Shown in pieces: positions 1-7,942 of a stretch of DNA of 25,645 bases; position 1 is the stretch's first letter; the number at the start of each line of letters is the position of its first letter. Position numbers and translations under genes: made by a program. Source of the stretch: a virus; the IMG/VR virus record IMGVR_UViG_3300037307_000181, positions 66,523 through 92,167 of that record; one strand, written 5' to 3'. Below the pieces are notes generated by a model. The model had not been told where the DNA came from. It worked only from the letters and a program-made list of their open reading frames with translations, and did not search any database.

Positions 1-33
1 GAACTTATCCTAGACGAAGTTAGCGTGGGGTAG
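1..33 (+). CDS. Possible 3' end of an upstream gene (..ELILDEVSVG*)
   Basis: Frame 1 is open from the window edge to TAG at 31-33 and is followed directly by a terminator-like hairpin. Too short to verify. Confidence 0.3.
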   Translation, partial: ELILDEVSVG

Positions 34-42
34 TTCTCCTAG

Positions 43-77
43 AGGGGTGGAATATAATTTCCACCCTTTTCTTTTTT
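43..77 (+). terminator. Rho-independent terminator
   Basis: GGGTGGAA (45-52) pairs with TTCCACCC (59-66), followed by TTTTCTTTTTT. Confidence 0.8.
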
Positions 78-82
78 CCAAT

Positions 83-95
83 TCTATGCTATAAT
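83..95 (+). promoter_or_regulatory. Extended -10 promoter (TGnTATAAT)
   Basis: TCTATGCTATAAT, the same motif as the other promoters in the window. No clear -35. RBS AAGGAG at 112-117. Confidence 0.7.
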
Positions 96-125
96 TAATA
101 GTACAGAAGTAAAGGAGAACATACT

Positions 126-269
126 ATGACACTTATCAAAACACTATTCGCTGTAATAACCCTACCTATTGTAGCAGTCACCACCATAATCGCTGTTGCA
201 TATGTGGGGATCATCCTGATAACACTCGGCATAGTTTTTATAACCGTAAAAACAATCATCGCAATATAG
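126..269 (+). CDS. Small hydrophobic membrane protein (47 aa), not in the ORF track
   Basis: AAGGAG RBS, then ATG at 126. Translates as MTLIKTLFAVITLPIVAVTTIIAVAYVGIILITLGIVFITVKTIIAI*, almost entirely hydrophobic. Confidence 0.7.
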   Translation: MTLIKTLFAVITLPIVAVTTIIAVAYVGIILITLGIVFITVKTIIAI

Positions 270-282
270 GAGAAGATCACAA

Positions 283-432
283 ATGGTAAAACGAATAAGC
301 ATCAAGGAGCATATCATCGAACTAATCAACGAAGCTAAAAATATGTATCCAGGTGTAGATGCATTTGGGGTTGACATTGACGTTGACGAAAATGAATGGG
401 ACATAGTTATCACCGTAAAATCACTAGTTTAG
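283..432 (+). CDS. Small hypothetical protein (49 aa), not in the ORF track
   Basis: AGGAG RBS overlaps the previous stop. Translates as MVKRISIKEHIIELINEAKNMYPGVDAFGVDIDVDENEWDIVITVKSLV*. Its stop overlaps the next RBS (AGGAGG). Confidence 0.7.
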   Translation: MVKRISIKEHIIELINEAKNMYPGVDAFGVDIDVDENEWDIVITVKSLV

Positions 433-441
433 GAGGTAGAT

Positions 442-702
442 ATGTATAGGGTTGTTCTGGAACTACCCTTTGATGTTGTCCTCGTGCACCATCAGGGGTT
501 TGATGAGAAAGAAACAGCCCAGGTTCTGGTAGACCAACTGCCAGGACAATTCCGAGTAGTAGATGATAAGGAAGTAAACCTGGACAAAGCTGTTGTAATA
601 CCCATGAGGCATAGAAAGAGAGTGAGAGATGAACGTAGTAGATGTAAAGATCAACCAACTAATAACATCCAGCAATGTTCGCAAGTCACTGATAGGCATT
701 GA
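442..702 (+). CDS. Hypothetical protein
   Basis: Strong AGGAGGT RBS. The 3' end overlaps the ParB-like gene by 74 nt. Confidence 0.6.
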   Translation: MYRVVLELPFDVVLVHHQGFDEKETAQVLVDQLPGQFRVVDDKEVNLDKAVVIPMRHRKRVRDERSRCKDQPTNNIQQCSQVTDRH

Positions 703-1435
703 AGAACTTGCCAAGTCAATGGCGGAGAATGGTCAAGAGATCGAGATACGCATCTTCCCTAATGGACAGAAGGGCAAATACTTTGTAAAGGCGGGGCACA
801 GGCGCATCGCTGCTGCAAAGATGTTGGGGTGGGACTCAATCCGAGCAGTGGTAGAGACTGCTCCAGAAGATGAAGCAGGACTTCTGCTCCACCAGTACAT
901 CGAGAATGCACTGCGTGAGAACATGAGCTTCCTGGATACGGCTAACGTATATGGCAGGTTGATTGAACTGGGCTGGTCTCAGCACGAGATCGCTCAGAAG
1001 TTTGGTATCTCAGACACAGAGGTTAGCCTGACCCTCTCTGTCCTGGGCATGTCACCGAAGCTTCAAGAGGCAGTCGAGAATGGCTCAATCAAACCATCTG
1101 CACTGCGCCCCCTGGCTAGTCAGCCTGTGGATGTACAGGAAGAACTAGCAGAACAAGTAATACGTGCCAAGACTGTGCGCAAGATTTCCGCTCTGGTTAG
1201 TGCCAGCAAGCGGAAGGCAGAGACGAATAGTGTAGTTGTTGAGGCTGATGTCCACCAGATTGTTCCCAGTGATATTGATCCAATGGAGCTACTGGTGATC
1301 GAGGAAGCAAAGGATGTGCTATCTAAGCTGCGCTCCTTCAGATCATCGGTTGATGCTGTTGACAAAAGCCAGATCGTTGATGATGTTCGTGAAATGTGTG
1401 CAATCCTAGACGAAATATGGAGTATCGTAAAATGA
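629..1435 (+). CDS. parB: ParB/Spo0J-like protein (ParB N-terminal domain plus HTH)
   Basis: NVRK..IEELAKSM..NG, the AGHRR arginine patch, IEN..RENMS, and an HTH (WSQHEIAQKFGISDTEVS). Confidence 0.85.
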   Translation: MNVVDVKINQLITSSNVRKSLIGIEELAKSMAENGQEIEIRIFPNGQKGKYFVKAGHRRIAAAKMLGWDSIRAVVETAPEDEAGLLLHQYIENALRENMSFLDTANVYGRLIELGWSQHEIAQKFGISDTEVSLTLSVLGMSPKLQEAVENGSIKPSALRPLASQPVDVQEELAEQVIRAKTVRKISALVSASKRKAETNSVVVEADVHQIVPSDIDPMELLVIEEAKDVLSKLRSFRSSVDAVDKSQIVDDVREMCAILDEIWSIVK

Positions 1436-2067
1436 CTTCAATATATATCAAGAATGATACACTGCTTCCTGCAAGACACAAGCATGACCTGTATCGTACT
1501 GAGCTAAACCTGATCCGTGAGGCAGTCAAAACTTTTCTGGTCAGGGACTCACAGCCCCACAATATCTTGGATATTGGGGCGGGTGATGGAAGGTGGGGGA
1601 AGATTACCAAGCAGTATACCGGAGCACAGCATCTAATTGGTGTTGAGATCATGGATGTACCTAACCCAGGAGAGTTTACATTGTGGTGTCCTAACCAGGA
1701 TTTCCTAACTTGGGAGATAGACAACGTGGGGATACAGTTTGATGTGATCGTGTCTAACCCACCTTACTATGCCGCTGAGGATATTATCCGCAGAGCACTG
1801 TCAATCCTAGCTCCTCGTGGCACAGCCCTGTTCTTGTTAAGGCTGGCTTTCCAGGCGGGTGTAAGCAGGTACAACAACTTCTGGAATGAATACCCGCTGA
1901 GCAGCCTGGGTGTGCTCAGCCGCAGACCTTCGTTCTACGGTAATGGAACAAACGGCACTGACTATGGCATCTTCTGCTGGAGAAAAGGCAGAGATGGTGA
2001 GTTCTCATATTTCAGTAACGACTCACGAGCCTGGATAACTAAACTGATCAACTACGAGAGGGACTGA
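1432..2067 (+). CDS. Phage-type SAM-dependent DNA amino-methyltransferase (probably N6-adenine)
   Basis: Motif I LDIGAGDG, GVEI, then catalytic VSNPPY and C-terminal RRPSF. Start placed at the ATGA overlap with the parB stop. Confidence 0.8.
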   Translation: MTSIYIKNDTLLPARHKHDLYRTELNLIREAVKTFLVRDSQPHNILDIGAGDGRWGKITKQYTGAQHLIGVEIMDVPNPGEFTLWCPNQDFLTWEIDNVGIQFDVIVSNPPYYAAEDIIRRALSILAPRGTALFLLRLAFQAGVSRYNNFWNEYPLSSLGVLSRRPSFYGNGTNGTDYGIFCWRKGRDGEFSYFSNDSRAWITKLINYERD

Positions 2068-2594
2068 TGAGAATAGCGATTGATGTTGATGATGTACTTT
2101 GTGGACTGGTTGAAGAGGTTGTCGAAATCTACAATGATTCTTGGGGGGATACTCTTACTAAGGACAAAATCACAGTCTGGAATATGTCACGTTTCGTAAA
2201 GCCACAGTGTGGTACTTTCGTGCAGAAATACTTCAATATGCCAGGACTATATGACAATGTAAGACCTATTCCTGGGGCACAGATGGGTGTAGAAAAGCTG
2301 CGCAGCTATGGATGTGAGTTGCTTTTTGTAACGGCAGCACTGCCAGATGTTATGGGTGAAAAGTTTAAATGGTTGCAAGCTTATGGATTTACTGACGACC
2401 TGCGTGAGTATATTGTAGCCAAGAACAAGAGCGTGATTCAAGCCCATGTGCTCCTGGATGATAACTACGACAACACCAGCACATTCAGGGGGTACGGTAT
2501 GCTATACACACAGCCCTGGAATGATAAGCACAACGTAAAGTACAGGGTAAACAATTGGGAAGAGTTCGATGAGTTTATAAGGAGGATGCTATGA
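2067..2594 (+). CDS. 5'(3')-deoxyribonucleotidase, HAD family (NT5C-like)
   Basis: HAD motif I IAIDVDDVL, PIPGA, FVTA, K..WL, LLDDN, and PWN..RVNNWEE. Confidence 0.85.
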   Translation: MRIAIDVDDVLCGLVEEVVEIYNDSWGDTLTKDKITVWNMSRFVKPQCGTFVQKYFNMPGLYDNVRPIPGAQMGVEKLRSYGCELLFVTAALPDVMGEKFKWLQAYGFTDDLREYIVAKNKSVIQAHVLLDDNYDNTSTFRGYGMLYTQPWNDKHNVKYRVNNWEEFDEFIRRML

Positions 2595-2671
2595 AAGATT
2601 GGGGATGTCTTGTAATCTTACTTCTACTGCTAACCGTGATATTACTTAGGATTGCGGGGATATTTGTATGA
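2591..2671 (+). CDS. 26-aa single-helix membrane peptide, not in the ORF track
   Basis: MKDWGCLVILLLLLTVILLRIAGIFV*. ATGA overlaps at both ends, with AAGGAGG upstream. Confidence 0.65.
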   Translation: MKDWGCLVILLLLLTVILLRIAGIFV

Positions 2672-3024
2672 TCATACCTGTTACTGATCTCATATTCTTG
2701 GGGGAAAACCCAAATGTTATCTTATTTGGTGACACAAAGGGCAATGTGATTGCTATCAATAAAATTCCGGCACTGCATGTGCCTGAGGAAGCACTAATTG
2801 GCAACGAGTTTATGATGGCATCCGTTGACTTTGGGAAACACAATGTACTTCTACTTAGCAACGGGGAGTTTCCAGAACACCCCACTGAAATAACCTACGA
2901 GAATATAAGCATGAAGTACCTACCAGACAATAAAGGAAAACCTGTTGTCAAATGCGGGTATTCTGTCAGGAACAACAGATGGGTTGTGGTTGATCCTATG
3001 CCATATAAAAAGGATGGAACTTAA
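2668..3024 (+). CDS. Hypothetical protein
   Basis: Fills the operon and overlaps both neighbours (ATGA upstream, TAATG downstream). Confidence 0.7.
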   Translation: MIIPVTDLIFLGENPNVILFGDTKGNVIAINKIPALHVPEEALIGNEFMMASVDFGKHNVLLLSNGEFPEHPTEITYENISMKYLPDNKGKPVVKCGYSVRNNRWVVVDPMPYKKDGT

Positions 3025-3677
3025 TGTGGTCATACTATGGCAGAAAGATGAAGATAATTAACGAGTATCCACAACCTGAACATGACACAATCATAGAACC
3101 GTTTGCTGGTACAGCCAGCTATGCCTACAAATACTGGGGGCACGATGTAATCCTGGTTGACAAATACGATGTGATTATCAAGGTATGGAAATACTTGCAG
3201 CAAGCCTCGCCTAACGATATTCTCCAACTACCTGATGTTGAGAGTGGTGAGTTTATTGGAGACAAGTATGAGTGGCTGTGTGATGAAGAACGCTGGCTGA
3301 TTGGGTTCTGCATCAACAATGGTAGTCAAAGACCAAAGCACACTGCTGGCAGAATGAACTTCAATTCATGGGGCAGAGATAAGCACAGAATTGCAAATGA
3401 CCTGCACAAGATCAGGCACTGGAAGCTGATCCTTGGCGACTACAGGACAATCGCTAATTTCCCTGCCACTTGGTACATTGATCCACCCTATCAGTTTCAG
3501 CACGAGTATGTGCACAACAACATTGATTACACTACCCTGGCTGAGTGGTGCAAATCCAGGCAAGGACAGGTAATTGTGTGTGAGAACTCACATGCAAATT
3601 GGATGAACTTCAAACCACTGATCAGCCTGTATGGTCAAAGAACAAGAACACTAGAGGTGATGTGGTATCGTGAATAA
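3024..3677 (+). CDS. Dam-like (D12 class) N6-adenine DNA methyltransferase, short phage form
   Basis: YYGRK (motif X), IIEPFAGTA (motif I), YIDPPY (motif IV), and DY..LAEW. Confidence 0.85.
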   Translation: MWSYYGRKMKIINEYPQPEHDTIIEPFAGTASYAYKYWGHDVILVDKYDVIIKVWKYLQQASPNDILQLPDVESGEFIGDKYEWLCDEERWLIGFCINNGSQRPKHTAGRMNFNSWGRDKHRIANDLHKIRHWKLILGDYRTIANFPATWYIDPPYQFQHEYVHNNIDYTTLAEWCKSRQGQVIVCENSHANWMNFKPLISLYGQRTRTLEVMWYRE

Positions 3678-3694
3678 GTTTTGCATGTGCAAAG

Positions 3695-3722
3695 ATGGGT
3701 GGGGGAAACCTCACCCATTTTT
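3695..3722 (+). terminator. Rho-independent terminator with GAAA tetraloop
   Basis: ATGGGTGGGG-GAAA-CCTCACCCAT followed by a T run. Confidence 0.85.
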
Positions 3723-3733
3723 GATTCCTACCA

Positions 3734-3762
3734 TTGACGATATTATATTTCTATGCTATAAT
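3734..3762 (+). promoter_or_regulatory. Sigma70/sigmaA-type promoter
   Basis: TTGACG, 17 nt spacer, TATAAT with extended TG. Confidence 0.85.
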
Positions 3763-3785
3763 TATTATATAACAAAGGAGCTTAC

Positions 3786-4370
3786 ATGGATAATGTACCA
3801 AGCGTTTTGATGTGTGTAGGAAGAAAATACTATAAGCTGTACCAGATCATCAACGAGGCATACAACGCTGGTGTATCTAAACGTATCCCTGCGAATACCA
3901 TACCAGAAGGGCTGGAAGTAGGCGTTAGCAAAATCTTCCTGGCTCACCCCGATGCAATCGTAAAAGTAAATAAACCTGGATGCATACTACAAGACTTAGC
4001 ATATGACCTTGTTCAGCTAGAGGCTATGACACAGACCCAGTTTATGAAGCTGGTTGATGTGGAAAAACCATACTGGACAGGACACGAACTCAATGCTGAG
4101 GACTTTGTACCTGAGTGTATGCTGGATGTAGCGATTGCTTTATCTACACTGCCAGACGAAGATCACCAGAAAATGGTAGAAAAGTATAACCTGGAGTTCT
4201 GCATGGGTATCTTTGGTTTCAGCTTCTTTGGTGGGTTTCAGTATGTCTGCCGACCCAACGAGGATGAACTTCCAGTAGAGCTATCCCACCTGGAAGGATA
4301 TGTAGAACCTGTACACGTTGTCTACGAGAATGAGAGCACAGAAGAAGAGGATGTTGCCGATGCCAACTAG
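3786..4370 (+). CDS. Hypothetical phage protein
   Basis: AAGGAG RBS, first gene after a promoter, 194 aa with an acidic tail. Confidence 0.75.
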   Translation: MDNVPSVLMCVGRKYYKLYQIINEAYNAGVSKRIPANTIPEGLEVGVSKIFLAHPDAIVKVNKPGCILQDLAYDLVQLEAMTQTQFMKLVDVEKPYWTGHELNAEDFVPECMLDVAIALSTLPDEDHQKMVEKYNLEFCMGIFGFSFFGGFQYVCRPNEDELPVELSHLEGYVEPVHVVYENESTEEEDVADAN

Positions 4371-5025
4371 GATTGTATCGGAAGTAAAACGTGGATGTGG
4401 ATACCGTAAGGAAGGTGGTGTTTACATGATCGGCGGTGGGGAAAAATCAGAGAATGGCGTTCTTCCCATGTTCACAGAGATCAACCCGCCCATCCCATAC
4501 AGTGTGCAGTTGCACAGAAGTTTCAGGCTCGTAAATGCACAAGCTGTGCTCAGCCGCTCACCGATGGACTCCTGGTGGATTGGTGCATCAAAAGATACGG
4601 AACAGAAAAAGAATGCAGATGCCTGGGCTATCAACACATTTGGCATGACCATCACAAAACGACTAGAGACTGGTGATTGCGCTGATGCTAAAGATGCTGA
4701 TGAAGCACTGGCAATCTTGGTGAGCAAGATCAAGCTTGACCCGAATGATAATCGACTGTATAGTTACTTCCAGCAGCTATCTCGCTCAAGGATACAAGAA
4801 CTGCCAAGGGTTGCTGAGCACTATGCTAGTCTGCATGAGCATCTGGTTAAGTATGCGAATACCAAGAACCTTGGCTCTTTGGTGGGGGCACAGGCAGCAC
4901 TGTGGAGAACAGCTTACACGATCCAACCGTCAAAGCGACCCACATATGTACCATATTTGGTACGCTTCCTGATGCTGATGAACCTGACCAAAGACGCACT
5001 CGCAATGAAACGAATCTTTTTATAG
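4360..5025 (+). CDS. Hypothetical phage protein (N-terminal RGCGYRKEGGVY)
   Basis: Long ORF overlapping the previous stop. GAGG lies upstream of ATG 4360; ATG 4351 is an alternative start. Confidence 0.7.
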   Translation: MPTRIVSEVKRGCGYRKEGGVYMIGGGEKSENGVLPMFTEINPPIPYSVQLHRSFRLVNAQAVLSRSPMDSWWIGASKDTEQKKNADAWAINTFGMTITKRLETGDCADAKDADEALAILVSKIKLDPNDNRLYSYFQQLSRSRIQELPRVAEHYASLHEHLVKYANTKNLGSLVGAQAALWRTAYTIQPSKRPTYVPYLVRFLMLMNLTKDALAMKRIFL

Positions 5026-5038
5026 GAGAAAAAATACA

Positions 5039-5323
5039 ATGGTACGTAAAAGAACAACGGAATACCCTTTTGCTGGACGGCCTCCAAAACCTGTTGCCGA
5101 AAAGGTTGGACGACCCGTTCGTGCTCTCGTAACAGTGGCTGTGCAAAAAGCTATGATGGAGTTTGCACGACTGCATGGGATACCACAGCCTCCAAGAGGA
5201 TCGGTGGCATCCGACGCCGTAAGACTGGCTATATATCGCAGCCTAATTCAGGACGGTCTGATGACACCTGAACTAATGCAGGATGAGACCTGGACTTCAC
5301 TCAGGGAGAAAGGACTTGTATAA
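5039..5323 (+). CDS. Small putative DNA-binding protein (possibly ribbon-helix-helix-like)
   Basis: AGGAG RBS. Basic N-terminus with GRPPKP/GRP, then a strand and helices (SDAVRLAI). The fold is an inference. Confidence 0.55.
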   Translation: MVRKRTTEYPFAGRPPKPVAEKVGRPVRALVTVAVQKAMMEFARLHGIPQPPRGSVASDAVRLAIYRSLIQDGLMTPELMQDETWTSLREKGLV

Positions 5324-5808
5324 TGCCAATATGCCCAGGATGCAAGACGGAGCAAAAGAAACGGATAAATGATGCATGCCCAAAGTGTGGTACAGAAGTA
5401 TCTGTATATAAGGGCAGGTGGTATCGCACAGAGCTAGGATCACCAAGCGTTGCAATGCTAACCCACCTGGAAACCAGGGCATCTAAAGCACTGTCTCTAA
5501 AGAACGGCAGCAAAGTTGTCTACAGAATCCCTAAGAAAGGTGCACTATATGTGAGGGAGCTTGTATCTGCTGAAAGGCTGCTGAACTTGGTAGATGGTGA
5601 TTATGATCTGGCTGTTGATGCGATTGACATTCTCTTTTTTGACAAGCAGTTCAACTGGAAGATATACACCAGCTTACTGTATATTGACAAAGACTTCCTG
5701 GTAGCTAAAGCAATTGCTGAGGCTAACCGAGAAAAAAGAAAAGAGCAAGAAGAAAAGGCTAGAAAAACAATCGCACTTATTGTTGATAAAGAAGATGTGT
5801 TTGCGTAG
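5323..5808 (+). CDS. Zinc-ribbon protein
   Basis: N-terminal CPGC..CPKCG, TAATG-coupled to the previous gene, directly upstream of the polymerase. Confidence 0.7.
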   Translation: MPICPGCKTEQKKRINDACPKCGTEVSVYKGRWYRTELGSPSVAMLTHLETRASKALSLKNGSKVVYRIPKKGALYVRELVSAERLLNLVDGDYDLAVDAIDILFFDKQFNWKIYTSLLYIDKDFLVAKAIAEANREKRKEQEEKARKTIALIVDKEDVFA

Positions 5809-5820
5809 CTATGCTATATA
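5809..5820 (+). promoter_or_regulatory. Variant extended -10 upstream of the DNA polymerase
   Basis: CTATGCTATATA resembles the shared motif but lacks the final T of the hexamer and has no -35 at 17 nt. Confidence 0.45.
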
Positions 5821-5841
5821 TATTGTACCGGAGGATAGAAC

Positions 5842-7641
5842 ATGCTAAAAGACTTTAAGTTGATCGAGAATGCAGATGATGTGGGGGCTGTGCTCAACAC
5901 CCTAAATGAATCACCTGACTTTGCACTAGACCTGGAGACTACTGGACTCAGCTATGAGACAGATGAAATCTTCGGGGTGGCCCTGGCTAATGCAGACCAG
6001 GAGTGGTTCGTGGCCGGTGGTGCACTTGTGGCTTGCCTACACGGACTCCAGTCACTAGTTCGAAACAAGAAAGTTATCTTTCACAATGGTATGTTTGATA
6101 TGCACTTCCTGCACAATGGTGTTTTCAATGTCCGACCAGTCAATATATTTGACACAATGGTTGCCCAGGCACTTATAGATGAGAACCAAAGTCTGGCTCT
6201 CAAAACCCTGGCGCAAACAAAGCTAGGTGTAGAAGAACACCTGCCTAGCTTCAAGGATATGCTGACAGATGCAAAGAAAGTAAAGAAGGCTAAGCGTCTG
6301 GATCAGGTGAACATATTTGACATTCCAATGGACAAGCTTTCGCTGTATGCTGGTCTGGATGCACGTCTTACTTATGAGCTATATCGCAAGTCAATGTATG
6401 AGCTACACCAGGAGAGCATGACTAAAATCTTTCACGATATTGAGATGCCGTTCCTGTTTGTTCTTATGGAAATGGAAGAGGCTGGTTTCTTCATTGATGG
6501 CACAGTATTGGGTGAGCTAAACGTAGACTTTGCTAACCAGCGTGACAGTGCAAAGGGCACATTCTTGTCTATCTCAGACGGAGTGAATCCAGACTCTAAT
6601 CCACAAGTAGCTAAATATCTATTTGAAACATTGAAATACAAACCATCTAAGAAAACTGAATCTGGTGCTCCATCTGTAGATGTTATGTCATTGACCAGAC
6701 TGCTGCCAAAGGACAAGAATGGTGCGGTGGCTGCTCTACTTGCTTACCGAAAATATGAAAAGCTGTTGGGTACGTATATTGAACCAATCAATGAGCGAAC
6801 TCAGGGTGGGCAGCTAAGACTAAGAGGTGAGTTCAACCAAACAGGCACAGTAACTGGCAGGCTATCATCATCTAATCCTAATCTACAAAACATACCCGCT
6901 CGTGGTGATTCTGGTTCTAGGGTCAGGTCTCTTTTCTCAGCACCAAAAGGATACAGCTTCCTAGATGCTGACTACAGCCAGCTTGAACTGCGCATCTGTG
7001 CACACTACTCGCAAGACCCTAACCTGGTTAAAACATTCATCGAGGGTGGTGATCCACACCAACTGACAGCAGACTTGTGTGGTGTAGATCGGAGCACAGG
7101 CAAGACTTTGAACTTCGGTGTACTCTACGGAAGCGGCCCAAAGACAATGGCAGATACCGTTGAGAAATCTGGAAAGCCGAGACCTACGGAAGAGACAACC
7201 AAGAAGTGGCTGCAAGCTTTCGATAAAGCATATCCCACTATTGTGTACATGAAGCAAATGCAGATCATGCAAGCACGTGAGCAAGGCTATGTTGAAACTA
7301 TCGGACGCAGGAAGCGCAGACTTCCAGATATCAACAATCGAGACCAGAGTCTACGTGCTCGTGCAGAGAGACAAACATCCAACTCAGTCATCCAGGGTAG
7401 TGCTGCCGACATCATCAAGTATGCAATGCTGAGCATCTTCCCCTATATGGGAGACTATGATGCAAAGATGACGGCGCAGGTACATGATGAGTTGTGCTTT
7501 GAAGTTCCAGAAGAAGCTGCCCCTGAGTTTTCTGAGTTTGTGTCAAACAGAATGATAGGAGTTGGTGAATACTTTGATATGCTTGTACCTCTGGAAGCAA
7601 GCCCAGGCATTGGAAAGAACTGGGATGAAGCCAAGCACTAA
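5842..7641 (+). CDS. polA: Family A DNA polymerase with 3'-5' exonuclease and no 5'-3' exonuclease domain
   Basis: ExoI DLETTG, ExoII FHNGMFD, ExoIII YAGLDA, TGRLSSSNPNLQNIP, motif A DYSQLELR, motif B R..GKTLNFGVLYG, motif C VHDEL. GGAGG RBS. Confidence 0.97.
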   Translation: MLKDFKLIENADDVGAVLNTLNESPDFALDLETTGLSYETDEIFGVALANADQEWFVAGGALVACLHGLQSLVRNKKVIFHNGMFDMHFLHNGVFNVRPVNIFDTMVAQALIDENQSLALKTLAQTKLGVEEHLPSFKDMLTDAKKVKKAKRLDQVNIFDIPMDKLSLYAGLDARLTYELYRKSMYELHQESMTKIFHDIEMPFLFVLMEMEEAGFFIDGTVLGELNVDFANQRDSAKGTFLSISDGVNPDSNPQVAKYLFETLKYKPSKKTESGAPSVDVMSLTRLLPKDKNGAVAALLAYRKYEKLLGTYIEPINERTQGGQLRLRGEFNQTGTVTGRLSSSNPNLQNIPARGDSGSRVRSLFSAPKGYSFLDADYSQLELRICAHYSQDPNLVKTFIEGGDPHQLTADLCGVDRSTGKTLNFGVLYGSGPKTMADTVEKSGKPRPTEETTKKWLQAFDKAYPTIVYMKQMQIMQAREQGYVETIGRRKRRLPDINNRDQSLRARAERQTSNSVIQGSAADIIKYAMLSIFPYMGDYDAKMTAQVHDELCFEVPEEAAPEFSEFVSNRMIGVGEYFDMLVPLEASPGIGKNWDEAKH

Positions 7642-7656
7642 GTCCACATTTAGACC

Positions 7657-7685
7657 TTGACGGATAATAATAACTGTGCTATAAT
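7657..7685 (+). promoter_or_regulatory. Sigma70/sigmaA-type promoter
   Basis: TTGACG, 17 nt spacer, TATAAT with extended TG. Confidence 0.85.
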
Positions 7686-7702
7686 AATAGGAGGAGTTAA
7701 TC

Positions 7703-7942
7703 ATGGTAAATAGAGTAATGATTGTAACCAAAAATGATCTTGTACGTTACGCAGATATACACTACCCAAAAATCACTGACCTAAAGACTGCTTGCGTAGC
7801 AAACGTTATGATCTACTTGGATGACTTTCTTTTTACTATCCTACTTAACAGATTTGCGGAAAGCAAATGGGTTTTCGGTGTGCTAGCAGACCTGCCTACA
7901 TACCTTGAACGCTTATCGGAGGGTGATTGTGAGCGAGTATAA
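7703..7942 (+). CDS. Hypothetical protein
   Basis: AGGAGG RBS after the promoter; overlaps the helicase start. Confidence 0.7.
   Translation: MVNRVMIVTKNDLVRYADIHYPKITDLKTACVANVMIYLDDFLFTILLNRFAESKWVFGVLADLPTYLERLSEGDCERV

Noticed and set aside
7-1414. 12-bp repeat ATCCTAGACGAA at 7-18 and 1403-1414
   Set aside because: Both copies read ILDE near gene ends and the flanks do not extend the match; most likely chance.
1432-3677. Complete restriction-modification system
   Set aside because: No recognisable endonuclease lies beside any of the three MTases; they look like orphan phage enzymes.
5842-7641. Intein or intron in the polymerase, or an unusual residue at position 762
   Set aside because: The ORF is continuous and compact with normally spaced motifs, and motif B has the ordinary Phe (KTLNFGVLYG).
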